Assembly: GCA_965213685.1 (NCBI GenBank) | Contig: CBDBZY010000018.1 | Location: forward strand, 704,001-768,000 | Direction of reading: 5' to 3' | DNA from: a bacterium | GTDB lineage: Bacteria; UBA8248 | DNA: 64,000 nt | Part shown: positions 48,879 through 61,567 of the stretch, piece by piece | Layout of the letters: each line of letters starts with the position of its first letter | How positions within the stretch are numbered: position 1 is the first letter of the stretch | Translations under genes and position numbers: made by a program | The notes under the pieces: model-generated | What the model saw: only the letters and a program-made list of their open reading frames with translations | The model's database searches: none | Told to the model about the DNA's origin: nothing

Positions 48879-51800
48879 CAGGAACGCATAATGACGTAAG
48901 AAGCGGGAAAGAGGAGGAGCATGCAACGACCACGCAAAAGATTAAATTCTGATAACGTTCTCACGGTAGTCCCGTTACTATTTTTATCGATGCTATTTTT
49001 ATCGCGTAGATGCCAAGCATCTGAGGTCGAGGTCATTGTCGAGAAAGTTTTCAGATGTCTACTCCAGTGAAGGCATCTACGCGAAGGCAGGCAGTGAAGA
49101 CAAGAGGAACGTTTTTCCCGGCGGCCGAGGCAACGACGCCTCGGAGGTCTCCTCGTTTAGCCGCTAGGCGGCTACATCGGATCAAGTGTAGTTGACGGAC
49201 CAAGCGCGTAATCAATTCTGCAATAGGTTTTAGCTGTTCCCTAGCCTGTACCTAGCCTACCCCTAGCCCCTGCCCCGTTACACGACTAACCATAGTCATA
49301 CTAGTCCCTAGCCTACCCCTAGCCCTTGCCTCGTCACACGACCGTAAGCCTTGAAGAATATTTGCCGAAGTGCTTACGCGCTTGGCCCGTCTACACTACA
49401 CTACTTGAGCCGTAGGCTAGGGACTAGTAGTGTTAGTCGTGTGACGGAGCAGGGGCTAGGGGTAGGCTAGGTACAGGCTAGGGAACAACTATTTGCGGAA
49501 ACGCCCCGTCACACGACCGTAAGCACTACTTTCAATGCTTGCTCTTTGCTTAGGGCCGTGCGACGGGCCAAGGCCGGGCTAGTGGCTAGGCTAGGGACTA
49601 TAGTTTGACCACGGTTAGTCGTGTGACGGGGCAGGGGCTAGGGGTAGGCTAGGGAACAGCTGAAACTTATTGCAGAATTGATTACGCGCTTGGTCCGTCA
49701 ACTACACTTGATCCGCTACATCAACGTGCAGAAGCGCCTGGTGCCACGGTGAGCACTCCTGTGCGTGGGGCCCTGAGGGACTGTATTCGGCAACGCGAGC
49801 GGGATGGTGCCTCGCTCTTTGACAAAGTTGAGACCATCGTGAAGTTCCAGTTTCAGAAACTGGAAACCGCTGTCGTGACAGCCGAGTCACCAAGCAAGCT
49901 ATCAAGGTACCTTCTCGTAACCAGAAAGCTCAAGGTGTATGATGAGGATGTAGGACCTCATGATGCTCTACGGCTCGTGGTAGCGGAAAGTGGAGAGTAC
50001 AAGCTAATGGCATACGAGAAAACCCTCCAAGAAGGTACCAATGAAACCCCTTTCACTGCGAGTAGCCTGCCGATTCTTGGTAGAGTGGGAGATGCTGAGT
50101 GGGTGGTATGTCGAGGGGTGAAAGGCTATTTAACATACAAGTCAAGCATTGGTTATGATATGAGGAGGGTGGCAGTTACTTGTTGGCCACCTGATACTGC
50201 ACATGATAGTGAATGTAGCATATTTTATGAGAAACATTCCACGCAGAAAACACAGATGTGTGAGAAGTGTACCTCCCTAAAGTGGCGCTTGGCAGCTCGT
50301 AAGCGAGAGCATGACCAACTTTCTCCAGGACATAGGCTGGAACGGCAACAAGTGGGCTCAACTGTTCAGTTTGACAACCTAAGTCCAGCAAGTAAGAAAG
50401 CAAGGTTAGGAAACATGTGCAAAGAGATCACAAATCTTCGCAAAACTAAGGGTTTTGTCACAGGGAAGTTGCAAAATTCCCATTGATCTTACTGCACGAA
50501 AAGCAGTTGGACTTCTGGAATAAATAGCCAGGGCTAGAAGGTACAAAGCTCCACATCAGTACACAAGAAAAATCTCAATAATACAACTAACCAAGTCCAA
50601 TGGTTATAGAAGGCCATCGGTTCACTGTTTTGCCAGTGATTGTTAAGAAAGATAACCAAGCTATATCAAAACTATACAATCTTCAACATTTATAACTTAC
50701 CATTATTCTTCTGGTCTTGGTAGAACTGACACATGTCTACAGCATCTTTCTCCCATGCTGCCTTCAGCACATCACCACGCCCACAGCCTGTAGCTTCTGC
50801 CTCTTTGTAGATAGTTTGCAATGCATGTTGGCCATGCTGAGATTGCTGGATTGCCTGGACTAGTTGAGACATGTCCTCATTCTGGCTCTCAGTCACTGCA
50901 ATACGTTTCACCTTATCGGAATATTGGTGGACCTGGGCGCGAAGATTTGTGATCTCTTTGCACATGTTTCCTAACCTTGCTTTCTTACTTGCTGGACTTA
51001 GGTTGTCAAACTGAACAGTTGAGCCCACTTGTTGCCATTCCAGCCTATGTCCTGGAGAAAGTTGGTCATGCTCTCACTTAGGAGCTGCCAAGCGCCACTT
51101 TAGGGAGGTACACTTCTGCGCACATCTGTGTTTTCTGCGTGGAATGTTTCTCATAAAATATGCTACATTCACTATCACGTGCAGTATCAGGTGGCCAACA
51201 ACTAACTGCCACCCTCCTCATATCATAACCAATGCTTGACTTGTATGTTGAATAGCCTTTCACCCCTCGACATACCACCCACTCAAGCATCTCCCACCCT
51301 ACCAAGAATCGGCAGGCTACTCGCAGTGAAAGGGGTTTCATTGGTACCTTCTTGGAGGGTTTTCTCGTATGCCATTAGCTTGTACTCTCCACTTTCCGCT
51401 ACCACGAGCCGTAGAGCATCATGAGGTCCTACATCCTCATCATACACCTTGAGCTTTCTGGTTACGAGAAGGTACCTTGATAGCTTGCTTGGTGACTCGG
51501 CTGTCACGACAGCGGTTTCCAGTTTCTGAAACTGGGACTTCACGACGGTCTCAACTTCGTCAAAGAGCGAGGCACCACCCCGCTCGCGTTGCCGAATACA
51601 GTCCCTCAGGGCCCCACGCACAGGAGTGCTCACCGTGGCACCAGGCGCTTCTGCACGTTGATGTAGCCACCTAGCGGCTAAACGAGGAGACCTCCGAGGC
51701 GTCGTTGCCTCGGCCGCCGGGAAAAACGTTCCTCTTGTCTTCACTGCCTCTGGAGTAGACATCTTAAAACTTTCTCGACAATGACCTCGACCTCAGATGC

Positions 51801-51923
51801 TTGGCGTCTACGCGATAAAAATAGTAACGGGACTACCGTGAGAACGTTTTCAGAATTTAATCTTTTGCGTGGTCGTTGCACGCTCCTCCTCTTTCCCGCT
51901 TCTTACGTCATTATGCGCTCCTG
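48879..51923. mobile_element. Palindromic P-superfamily (THAP9/P-like) transposon derivative made of two inverted 5' halves
   Basis: CAGGA...TCCTG ends with 7-bp TSD TAGATGC. Arms 48879-50440 and 50940-51923 are reverse complements. The minus-strand spliced ORF from 51762 reaches NRWPSITIGL|ALAIYSRSPTAFRAVRSMGILQLPCDKTL, a P-transposase HTH-region motif, and is truncated at about 50445. Confidence 0.85.
49179..49714. mobile_element. 536-bp MITE (GG termini, 8-bp TSD; Merlin-like) nested in the left arm
   Basis: TIR GGATCAAGTGTAGTTGACGGACCAAGCGCGTAATCAATTCTGCAATA; TSD GCTACATC. The empty site is visible in the right arm at about 51660-51667. Confidence 0.9.
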
Positions 51924-54349
51924 TAGATGCTTATAGGTTTGTCTTTTCCTAATCAAAATCCATCTACAGATACATGAATGTACTTTTCCAGTGACATGGC
52001 CTTCCCACAGAGCAGACAGTGAAGAGTAGTGGTTACTTTCAAGTGTGTTTTTGGGGTACTGACTAAGGGAAGAGAAGACTTAGGTGGCAGTATAATGGAT
52101 ACATGTACAAAAGATGTTATACAGTGAACTTAGTACATACTACAAGGAGGTACAACAATTACACAATGACTTCAACAAGAAGAACAAGAAAGCATACAAA
52201 TTATGTAAAGATAGTTGATATTTCAATGAAAGATGTTGCGTAGCTACCTTGTACACCAAGAAAAATAGCATGACTAGCAATACTTACACCAGTATTTGAT
52301 TACATTTGTGTACATAAAGAACAAAAAGCACACATAAACACATAAACAAAACAAAAGACACACAAACAAAACACACAAAGCACAAAGGGCCACTTAAAGG
52401 CTGCACGTGATGGAATCCGTGGGAATTCCTGTGAATGAAGTGAGAAGAGCCCATTGATTTATGTATGTATGCTAAACACACATACATGCAAACAAATTTA
52501 GTGCATGTAGTGAATGTTGGCATAAATACCCCAAACCCCAAACCTTGCAGTGTTTGTACACTATTATCACAGCAAACTTTCATTATGTGTTTGTTAACAC
52601 AACGTCAGAAAACATAAGGCCACAGATGTAGTGGAGCAATGACAGCAAGGTGCACATGAATGGAAACATAAGGAATACAGATGATCCATTTTGAAACTTA
52701 GGAATAGTCTCCTTACATCAAGCTGAGTGCCACACTAACATAGCAATTTATCATTGCATCTGTTGGCCATGGGAATATTTTCTCCACATTCTGGTAAATG
52801 CAGGCCTGCACCACTCAACAGACTAATACAAGTGTAGCTACAAATGCCCTTATGGTATACTCGCAGGTTTGCTAATGTTGCACCTAGTGTGGAGCCACAC
52901 CTTCTCATTAGCAGAAGGGAATGCCCCCTTCCATTAATATTCTAACAAAAGATATATTGTCACAACAAATAGTATAAAAAAACATTTTCCAAACATATAG
53001 AGGGCTGTATGGATGGCAGTGCCAAAACCCATAGAATGTAGGTGTAGGGATGGCAGTTTACAGACAAGACAAATTATACAAAGACTACACAAGCAACCCA
53101 ATCCCTACATTGTTTCTTTACCACATGGTATTGATGTTCCCAGGATTCTCATAGCTAAACTCACAGAACAATTTTAAGTAAAAAAAAAATCATGTAGGGA
53201 TGGGTTGCTTGTGTACTCTTTGTATAACCTGTCTTGCCTGTAAACTGCCATCCCTATACCTAGTTTCTATGCTTTTTGGCACTGCCATCTCTACACACCT
53301 GTACAATTTTTTCATACTTGTTTGTGTACTATTTTTTGTACAATAGTACACAAAACGTTCTTGCAAGCTTCTTCAGTGATCAGAGCAGCCATTGTTACCA
53401 GTCAGCAGCAGAGATACGGAGGGTAGAGTGGGCATTGAACCTCGTCATCCGTCACCTTTGAAGTTGGGAGGCTGAGCCCCTCTAAAAAGTCCTGAGCTAC
53501 AGTAGTTTCCTCACTGTATCTGACTTTCTAACTCATACTAGTTACATTAATGTTCATTGTACAACTGTACGGCGAAGTAAGATGCTGCTCGAACATGCTC
53601 CTTCACTGAGACAGTAGCCTTTGGCACGTCAAGCCATTGAGAAATTAATTGGTGTGGCTTCGCGAGGTCAACCCCTCATGTGCATACAATTTACACCACA
53701 TGACAGAAAATGGCTTCCAAATAATTATGGTAAAGTTGTTTGAGACTTCTAGATTCAGCTCATAGTAGAGAAGATACTAACATTTGTTATCGTAGATCAC
53801 ACTTGGTAGTGATTGCAGCGGATCTGTGAAAGAACTACGGTGATTACTTCAGCCAGTTTCAAGTAAAGTCATTTGAAAGAAAATCTCGTAAGAAGAAGAA
53901 GAATAAGAACAACAAACATAATCACCTTTCAGCCATTATCTGGCAGTAAGTCAAGGAATGCATTTCAGCTACTTGTGGGATATTGTTGGGTAGAGAAGCG
54001 GTGGAATAGCCCATTTGCGTGCTGAGAAAGGCTTAAAATGCAAGTGTTTGCGAGTCAAGAAGGCTCTCCAATGTACGCACACTATGGGAGTGTTGGTGCC
54101 ATCCCTACATAGAGAGTCCACAAGGTACATAGAATGCCGTAGTAGAGTTTATATGCCACAATTACATTCACTTCTCCTTCCCCATTACATAATTGATAGA
54201 AAATGTGTGCAAGCAGTGTAGAAGGATTAAATCTGATGAGTTTTGCCACTTGCACATTGCATTACTATTGTTTTACTAATATTGCTCCACATAGAGCATT
54301 ATAGATACCTATAGTTCAACAAAACAGATGTGTGTCAGAAGATACTTAC

Positions 54350-54604
54350 CATACTTCGTGCAGATGTCAGTGGCTATTCTGTTTTCATTTGCCAGGAAGA
54401 GTGCCCTTGCCAGGGTCTGGTAGGAGGGGCTGCAATCAGAATGAAGCCACAAGGTGAACATTTTTCTCTTTCGTGTGCCAAAATCTGAATGTGACATTTC
54501 AATTGCATCTAGAGCATCATCGTCCAGGTCCAGTTGAAGGCCAACATTGTACCAGTCAGTTATCTTCAGTCTCATAAGATCCTTCAGTTTGGGTTCAGGC
54601 ACAT
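54350..54604 (-). CDS. Gene B Death-domain exon
   Basis: PKLKDLMRLKITDWYNVGLQLDL...KRKMFTLWL...PSYQTLARALFLANENRIATDI. CAG acceptor and GTAAG donor, so at least one more 3' exon exists (candidate 51953-52062). Confidence 0.88.
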
Positions 54605-54758
54605 CTGCAGACATGATAGATATCCTTTGGTGATACAGTGATACAGTGTAAGGTGCCTTGGTGGGATTATGATTTAATGAGATTTCTACTAAATGTAGCA
54701 AGATACCACTTCAGAACAAATACGGAATAGCACAGAGATACAGAGAGACACAAACAGA

Positions 54759-54842
<84 letters not shown>

Positions 54843-54901
54843 GGGGGGAGGGAGACAGACAGACAGACAGACAGAGGGAGACAGACAGACAGACAGAGAC
54901 A

Positions 54902-55534
54902 TAGTCTCACTCCCAGACCCTCTATTCTACCGTTACTAGCTACCCGTTACGTTCAGAAAATGCAAGAGGAGGGTCTGGTACAGTTGGTACAGAATAATTA
55001 GTACTCCACAGAATTGGTTGATTGGCTAAAAATTACATTCAGGATGTTCATGCCCGGGCACCCAGGCACATGCAAGTGGAGATGGTGAAGAAGTGGAGCA
55101 ACAAGGACACTGAGGCAGCAATTGCAGCAGCATTTAGCCAACTTGGCTATCCAGTGCTAAAGGCAGAACAGCTGGAGGCCATAAGAAAGTTCATGAAGGG
55201 CCAGAAGATGTCTTTGTATCGATTCCAACTAGCAATTGAAAGTTGCTGTGCTACGAATGGGCTTTTGCAGTAGCACTGTAGCCATATTGAACGCTGCAAG
55301 GACTTGGGCCTCGAGGCTTTTGAGCTAGTGCAGTAGCCGTTGGACTAACTACGCTGATCGCTGAACCACAGTTTTTCACACATACTTTACGCCTTCAATT
55401 ACCACTCCCAACAAGCCATAGACATGCTGCATCCCATAGAGCCCTTCTGTACCAACTGTACCAGACCCTCCTCTCCCAATTTTTCTTTCTTTCACTTTTT
55501 TAATGGGAGAACTGATGGTCTGGGAACGAGACTA
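54902..55534 (+). mobile_element. AcademH-like non-autonomous element carrying a RecQ-type helicase N-terminal fragment
   Basis: TAGTCTCACTCCCAGACC...GGTCTGGGAACGAGACTA TIRs. Internal LGYPVLKAEQLEAIRKFMKG-(frameshift)-DVFVSIPT...LCY resembles RecQ motif 0/I. Weak 9-bp TSD (7/9). Confidence 0.75.
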
Positions 55535-55554
55535 AGAAAGACAGAGAGAGTGAC

Positions 55555-55773
<219 letters not shown>

Positions 55774-55799
55774 CTATATGCTTCCATGCTCCTATTTAC

Positions 55800-56577
55800 T
55801 TTGTTTGACAAAGTGGCTGGATGTATGGGCTCCATCCAAGTGTGCCAATGACATCACATCTTGTGCTCCACTTGAGTCACTAGCAGGGTCCCTGCCACCT
55901 GGATAGTTCAACTGGATCATTAACTGTGCATATAACATGTACACTACAAATTCCACATACCATGCTTCAAGGTTTGAATGACTTTAGGCGCAGAAGGAGA
56001 GATGAGTTTTAGCATCAATTGTAGTTTCTGATCAATTCCTTTCACCTCCAGAAAGCAGTAAGACTCTCCAGCACATGGCTTAGTAAGTGACACATGCAAC
56101 TTAATTAGAGGAGGGTACGTTGATGAGGACCTATAATCTGGATTGAGCAGGGGTAGGTCCACTTCCCTTTGTGAAATCTAGTGAAGAAGTGATTCCATGA
56201 AACAATGATCAGAGATAGACAATAATCACAAACTTACAGCAGTGGGCAGTCTGTTTGGAACGATGTCTTTATCAGGTGTCTTTTCTGGAATAACTAGAAC
56301 CACTTCTGACTCAAGTATTCTTCGGGGTTGTACAACACTACCTTCAAACTTCATACCAGGAAACATTTCCGCCAGCAACTTTTTCAGGCTCTGTAGAGAG
56401 ATTAAGATAGTCCTCATAACATGCATACTTCAGTGCCCCATTATGTACTCTTTTGAAAGTCTAATGAACATACCTCGGCATAAACAGGTTGACACAGCGA
56501 TACTGAAAACACAGCCACATGCAAATCAGATGCTACATTGCTTTGGTACAACTGGACGGAGTAATCATTGACAGGAT
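55800..56577 (-). CDS. Gene B UPA-like exons (56474-56577, 56238-56390, 55961-56177) and linker exon (55800-55898)
   Basis: All GT-AG with phases 1,0,0,1,1, giving one open frame from ZU5 into the Death domain. Confidence 0.75.
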
Positions 56578-56658
56578 CTGTAGGAGATATTACAGAGGAT
56601 TGCAATGCAATAATATTTTCATGAAGCAGTGCAGTAATCAATTTTCATGCGTACTTAC

Positions 56659-57180
56659 CATTCTTAGCTTCGGACTGGGTCTCCGCAACACTGGTGGCAC
56701 TTGTCTGCTTGGCAGCTCCCGTAAGGCAGAAGTGCTTCAAATATATTACACCATGATGCTCCTTCTTCTCAAAGACCCCACCACTCAATACTTTAAAGAC
56801 ATACTTGGCTTGTGGGTCATATTTTGGCTTGGAAGATGATGTGATGAATGTCATGGAATCACAGTCACTACTGCTGTCCAAACCAGCAAAGTGAGCTATG
56901 GACAGTCTCACATCTTTTATGAACTCAAACGCTGGTGTGATCAGATAAACAGGACTGGCCAGCTGGTGCTCTCTGGGTAGATGGAAAGGCCCACTTAGAC
57001 ATGGCCGCACCCTCAATTTCATGGTTGTCCCTTCAGGCACAGCTCCAGGAGGAATGTGCATCTCAAACCCAATCTCCTGCCATGATATGGTCCCCCCATC
57101 TGAGGTCATGGTCTCCTGCCAGGGGTCACCCAGGAAGCATATTCCAGGGTGTGATGAGTCAAACTTGTGGTGGGACAAAA
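56659..57180 (-). CDS. Gene B ZU5 domain exon (HFC motif)
   Basis: DGGTISWQEIGFEMHIPPGAVPEG...SGPFHLP...LASPVYLI...VRLSIAHFA...GGVF...YLKHFCL is a classic ZU5 pattern. Phase-1 acceptor 103 nt after the Roc-COR donor. Confidence 0.9.
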
Positions 57181-57283
57181 CTGCAAAAAAAGGCAACACA
57201 TGTAAGTATTGCAAATGTACAGTAAATTGGAACACAGCACTCCAAAGCGATAATGAAAGTACAGTATAGAAATATATACCAAC

Positions 57284-59410
57284 CTGTCTCCAGGTCTGCC
57301 TGGACTGGCAGCCATAGCTTCTGCTTGTGGGTGAGTGTGCCTGTCACACTTGCATCTTCTGAGCACACCCATGACTTGTGGTCAGGGGACACCACTGCCA
57401 GGTGAGGGGATGGCTTGTCACACATACACTCGAAGCCCATTCTGTGTGTTACAGTTAAAGAAAGCTCCCTACACACGTCACTTATTCCCTGGCTTATGTC
57501 ATCCCAGATAAGAGGTAGGAGCTCGGGAGAGATGTTGCCATCCACATACAGAGAGTAGTGTGTGTCGTCATCGATCAGAGTTATCCCACCACCATACTCG
57601 GCCAATGTGAAGTGGAGATCATTCTTGTAGAGGCGGGTTGGTTCTTCTGCATGGTGAAGGGGAATCTGCCACTGGAATATGCCACGAGAGGACCTCATGT
57701 ACACTATCAGGCAGCACAGGACACCACTAGGAACGTGTCGACTGGAGAATTTGATCCTTAGAGTAGCGGCAGCACCACCACTGGGCCTCACGATCTCACT
57801 GGAATCATGGCTGTCCAACAAGGAGGGCATGAAATACTTGGTGTCACTTTCCTCCTGGACAGGGGCAATGATTAACAAGTGCTCCAGCACTTTAATAAGT
57901 GTATCCACTGCCACTCTTTCACCTTCACTGGTGATCTCTGATTGCAGGGATTGAAGGAAACTGGATGTGATCAGGGCCTGGTTTCGGAGTCTTATCATCT
58001 CTTCTGATTGAACGTCACCTTCTGGAGAATCCATGGTTTCCAGGCTTGTCTCAAATACGTTTGTCATCCAGTCAAGTAGAGCCATGGGGTCAACAAATAT
58101 CACTTCCTTCTGTACTGTGGGGAAGTAGAACATCAGGTTGACGGCATGAAAAAAGTGCAGGGCTACCTCCATGGCTTCCTCGGATTCGAACATGAGCTGC
58201 TGAGCAATGGCCCAACATATTTCTCTGCTCACAATTCTGCCTGCTCTCCGCAGTTCCACCTCCAGCAGGTAGTAGCCCAGGGGGTACTTGAGTCGTATGC
58301 TCTGCCCACAGCTTTCAATGATCTGCAGGAGCTCTTCTGCCATTGGGTCTCTTGGGACTTCTGGACCAGATCCAGCATTGTTAACAGCATGGATGATCTC
58401 ATTGGGGGAATACTTAATGAGATATTTCTTGAATCTTTCCAGCATTGTTGCCAGCTTACGATTCTTGTCTTCAAGCGATTCACCTGATGGAAGCATTGTA
58501 TCCTTGAATGTGCCGATCACCATGCTCTTTGGGTGCTCTGGCTGCTTCTCAATAAAGGACATTGGTAGCTGTGAGTGCTGACACTGTGTCATTTGCATGC
58601 CTCGCATTATTAGCTCTGCATTTGTCAGAGTGAAGTGGCCAAGACTGTAGTTGGCTCCATTCGGTGCAAAATAGTCCACAGCTGGACGATCATCTAGCTT
58701 ATCAGAAAGCTTGAACAATTGTAGTCGAAGAAATGCATTCTTCATCAGAATAGGGATCATTTCCATGAATTGTGGTTGGCCACCGCAGTCCACAAACAGG
58801 AGGAAGTGGGTCTTGAGTACCTCTCTGGACCCCTTTATCTCTGTCATCTTTCGGGCAATCTCAGCTGTGCGTGGGAGAATCTCTGCTCTGGAAACTGCAG
58901 AGGGTGTGGCCTCCATTGGAAATGGTGCAGACACACCTTCACTTTGACCACTGCTTGCTGCTTTCATTTCTCTTCCCTCCATTGGTGGCTGCTGAACTCC
59001 TGCTTCGGAAGCTGCTTCTCTTTCCACCTTAGGTGGCTGTTGAGGCTCAGCCTGTGGCTGGTCACCACTAGACTCTGGCTGGCCAGTGTGCTGACTGGTT
59101 ATTTGTGTTTCTGGCTTCTGATCTGTGATGGAGACACCAGCTGAAAGGTTCTCGGCTATCATGTCGATCATATCTGAGGGACTTATCAGCCGACACCTCT
59201 GACCTTGCCCATTCTTGATTTCTATGATGAACCTCTTGGCCTGTTCCATGCAGGCTGTGCTGGTACGAGCAGGTGGTAGGGTCTCGTTGCATAGGAAATG
59301 CCCCAGAGACGTCTTCCCCACACCAGGAGCACCGCTAACAGCGCATATGGTGTAGTCTGCCAAAACGTGGCCCTTTTGTAGTTGTCGCAGCAACTCCTGA
59401 GTGAAGATGC
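57284..59410 (-). CDS. Gene B Roc-COR GTPase exon (intact)
   Basis: Single open exon of about 709 codons with GAPGVGKTS, RTST, DCGGQPQF and GTFKD followed by COR. Phase 1 at both ends. Confidence 0.92.
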
Positions 59411-60727
59411 CTGTTCACGTAAAAGCAAGTAGCAATAGTAATAGTAAGGGCAATCAAAAGCCAGTATGACTGCTATATAAGTGTATAAGCAGATGCGGCA
59501 CTGCCTGCACTTTACATTGGCACTATAATTTTTTTTTTGTGGGGGGGGGGGGGGGGGGGGGGGGGTTATTAAATGTCCTAGTATTGTGTTTACAGCGCAG
59601 TAGTGTGATTGTCCACCGTTCCTGCATAGCGCTTCGCACGGTCGTATAACAGCGTTCGTACTCGCGGCCTTCCGCAGGCTGGGCGTGGCTTACTTTGGCC
59701 TCTGCCTTTGCAGCTGCGCCTTTGGAAACGCTTACGATAAATTTGAGAGCTTCACGTCTCACGACGTGTGCATCACGATATCAGCCCAGCAATATATACA
59801 TGTATATACATAGCGGAATAAGGTTGCACGTGACACACTTGAGCCTCATTTCCGCTCATGCGCATGCAGGCACTAATTCCGGGTATTGGCCACACCCGTG
59901 AGGGTCAAGGTTCACAATTAAGACCACCCTGTAGCTGGAGAAACAGCTGTTCACATGAAGATCGGGTGAGGGTGCCAAGCAACGTGAAGACGGACGATCA
60001 CGCGCTTCATGAGCAGCCAGAATGATTACTGACGCTGAACTCAGAATGACTGAAGATACCGACAATGGACTACTTTTATCCGAAACCCTCACAGAGCATG
60101 ATTGCGTGGGAACTTATTAATAGCACCGCTAGACTCCAAGTTGTGAACAAGCCTTCATTTGGCTCTATGTGTATGTGGCAGTTAAAGAGTTCCTGTAAGC
60201 TATCAGTGTGTGTTTGAATGTTGTGATACTCTGATACGTGTATATGTACATGTACATGTATATGCTTCGCTGTGCAATTTTCAACCTGCATCTCTCTCTC
60301 TCTCTCTCCCTCTCTCTCTCTGTAACAAGATAAGCCGAGTGGATGAACTGGCTCAACTCATAAGCCTTACAGACTGAGACAAGACAAAGGTACAGATAAC
60401 CACACCCACTGCGTGTAGTCAAGATGGATCGAGGGCCATCTGCAGTGATAGAGCTTCCTTCCTTTCATTGCTGAGTTTGTTTCTCCCTCCCTTGCTCTCC
60501 TCTCCCTCTACTCCCTCAGGTGTTCCAGAAGCACTCATTCTCCGACCTCTGCCAGCTCAGAGGTGAGTGAGTGGTAGAGCATCCCCCTACTTCTTTACCT
60601 GTCCTCCTCCCTTCCTGCCTCCCTCCCTCCCTTCCTGCCTCCCTCCCTCCCTCCCTCCCTTCCTGCCTCCCTCCCTCCCTCTCTCCCTTCCTGCCTCCCT
60701 CCCTCCATCCTTCCCTCTCTGACTCAG

Positions 60728-60800
60728 GCTTCGAAGTCTCTCTCCCCTATCCCTACTCCACCACTTGGAGTGGCTCTACCTGGGAGGAAACAAGATCCAG
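60728..60800 (+). pseudogene. Best-preserved copy of the antisense LRR exon
   Basis: LRSLSPLSLLHHLEWLYLGGNKIQ between CAG and GTAG, after a polypyrimidine tract. Confidence 0.65.
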
Positions 60801-61047
60801 GTAGCCACCCACCTTCCTTCCCACCCTCTCCTTCCCTTTTTCTTTCTACCCTTTCCTCTCTCTTTCCCCCACTCCCTCCCTCCCTCCCTCCCTCCCTCCC
60901 TCCCTCCCTCCCTCCCTCCCTCCCTCCCCACCTTCACCCACACAAACTCGCCACATACATGTATGACAATTCCTAAACCATAATATTATCCTAAACCACA
61001 AGCCACCTGTACCACTCTCTCCCTAATAAGGCACACCATGCAGCCAC

Positions 61048-61175
<128 letters not shown>

Positions 61176-61482
61176 ATGCATGTGCACGCATGCATGCGTG
61201 TGTGCATGTGTGTGTCTGTGTGCATGGAGGAAACAGAGGAGGGGTAGGGAGGGGAATGTACATGTACATGGGCCTCTTCCTACTGGGCGTGCTAATCTGT
61301 CCTCATGCACTGCACCATGCAATGAATATTGTTTGCATGGGTAGGCTGATCTATAATAAGTTATAGTGTGTACGGTTATTGTGTTTGAGAGTTATGAAGA
61401 TTGTGGTGAAACTGAGTTGTTGACTGGGGTTTGAACTCTAGCCTTAGGATAGCACCATCAATCCTGCACTCCTCTGCCACCA

Positions 61483-61567
61483 GAGACCCAGTGGCTCAGT
61501 AGTAAGAGTGTCCGACTAGTATTCAGAAGGTCCTGGGTTCAAATCCCAGCTGGGTCCTGATTTTTTC
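61483..61567 (+). repeat. tRNA-Thr(AGT)-like SINE or pseudogene
   Basis: TGGCTCAGTAG A-box, CTAGTAT loop, GGTTCAAATCC B-box, GACCCAG/CTGGGTC acceptor stem and T-run. Confidence 0.65.

Noticed and set aside
49749-50486. 245-aa ORF as a novel host gene
   Set aside because: It is the N-terminal part of the P-like transposase in the left arm and runs into antisense spacer sequence.
55022-55273. Host RecQ helicase gene
   Set aside because: Short frameshifted fragment enclosed by Academ-type TIRs inside an intron.
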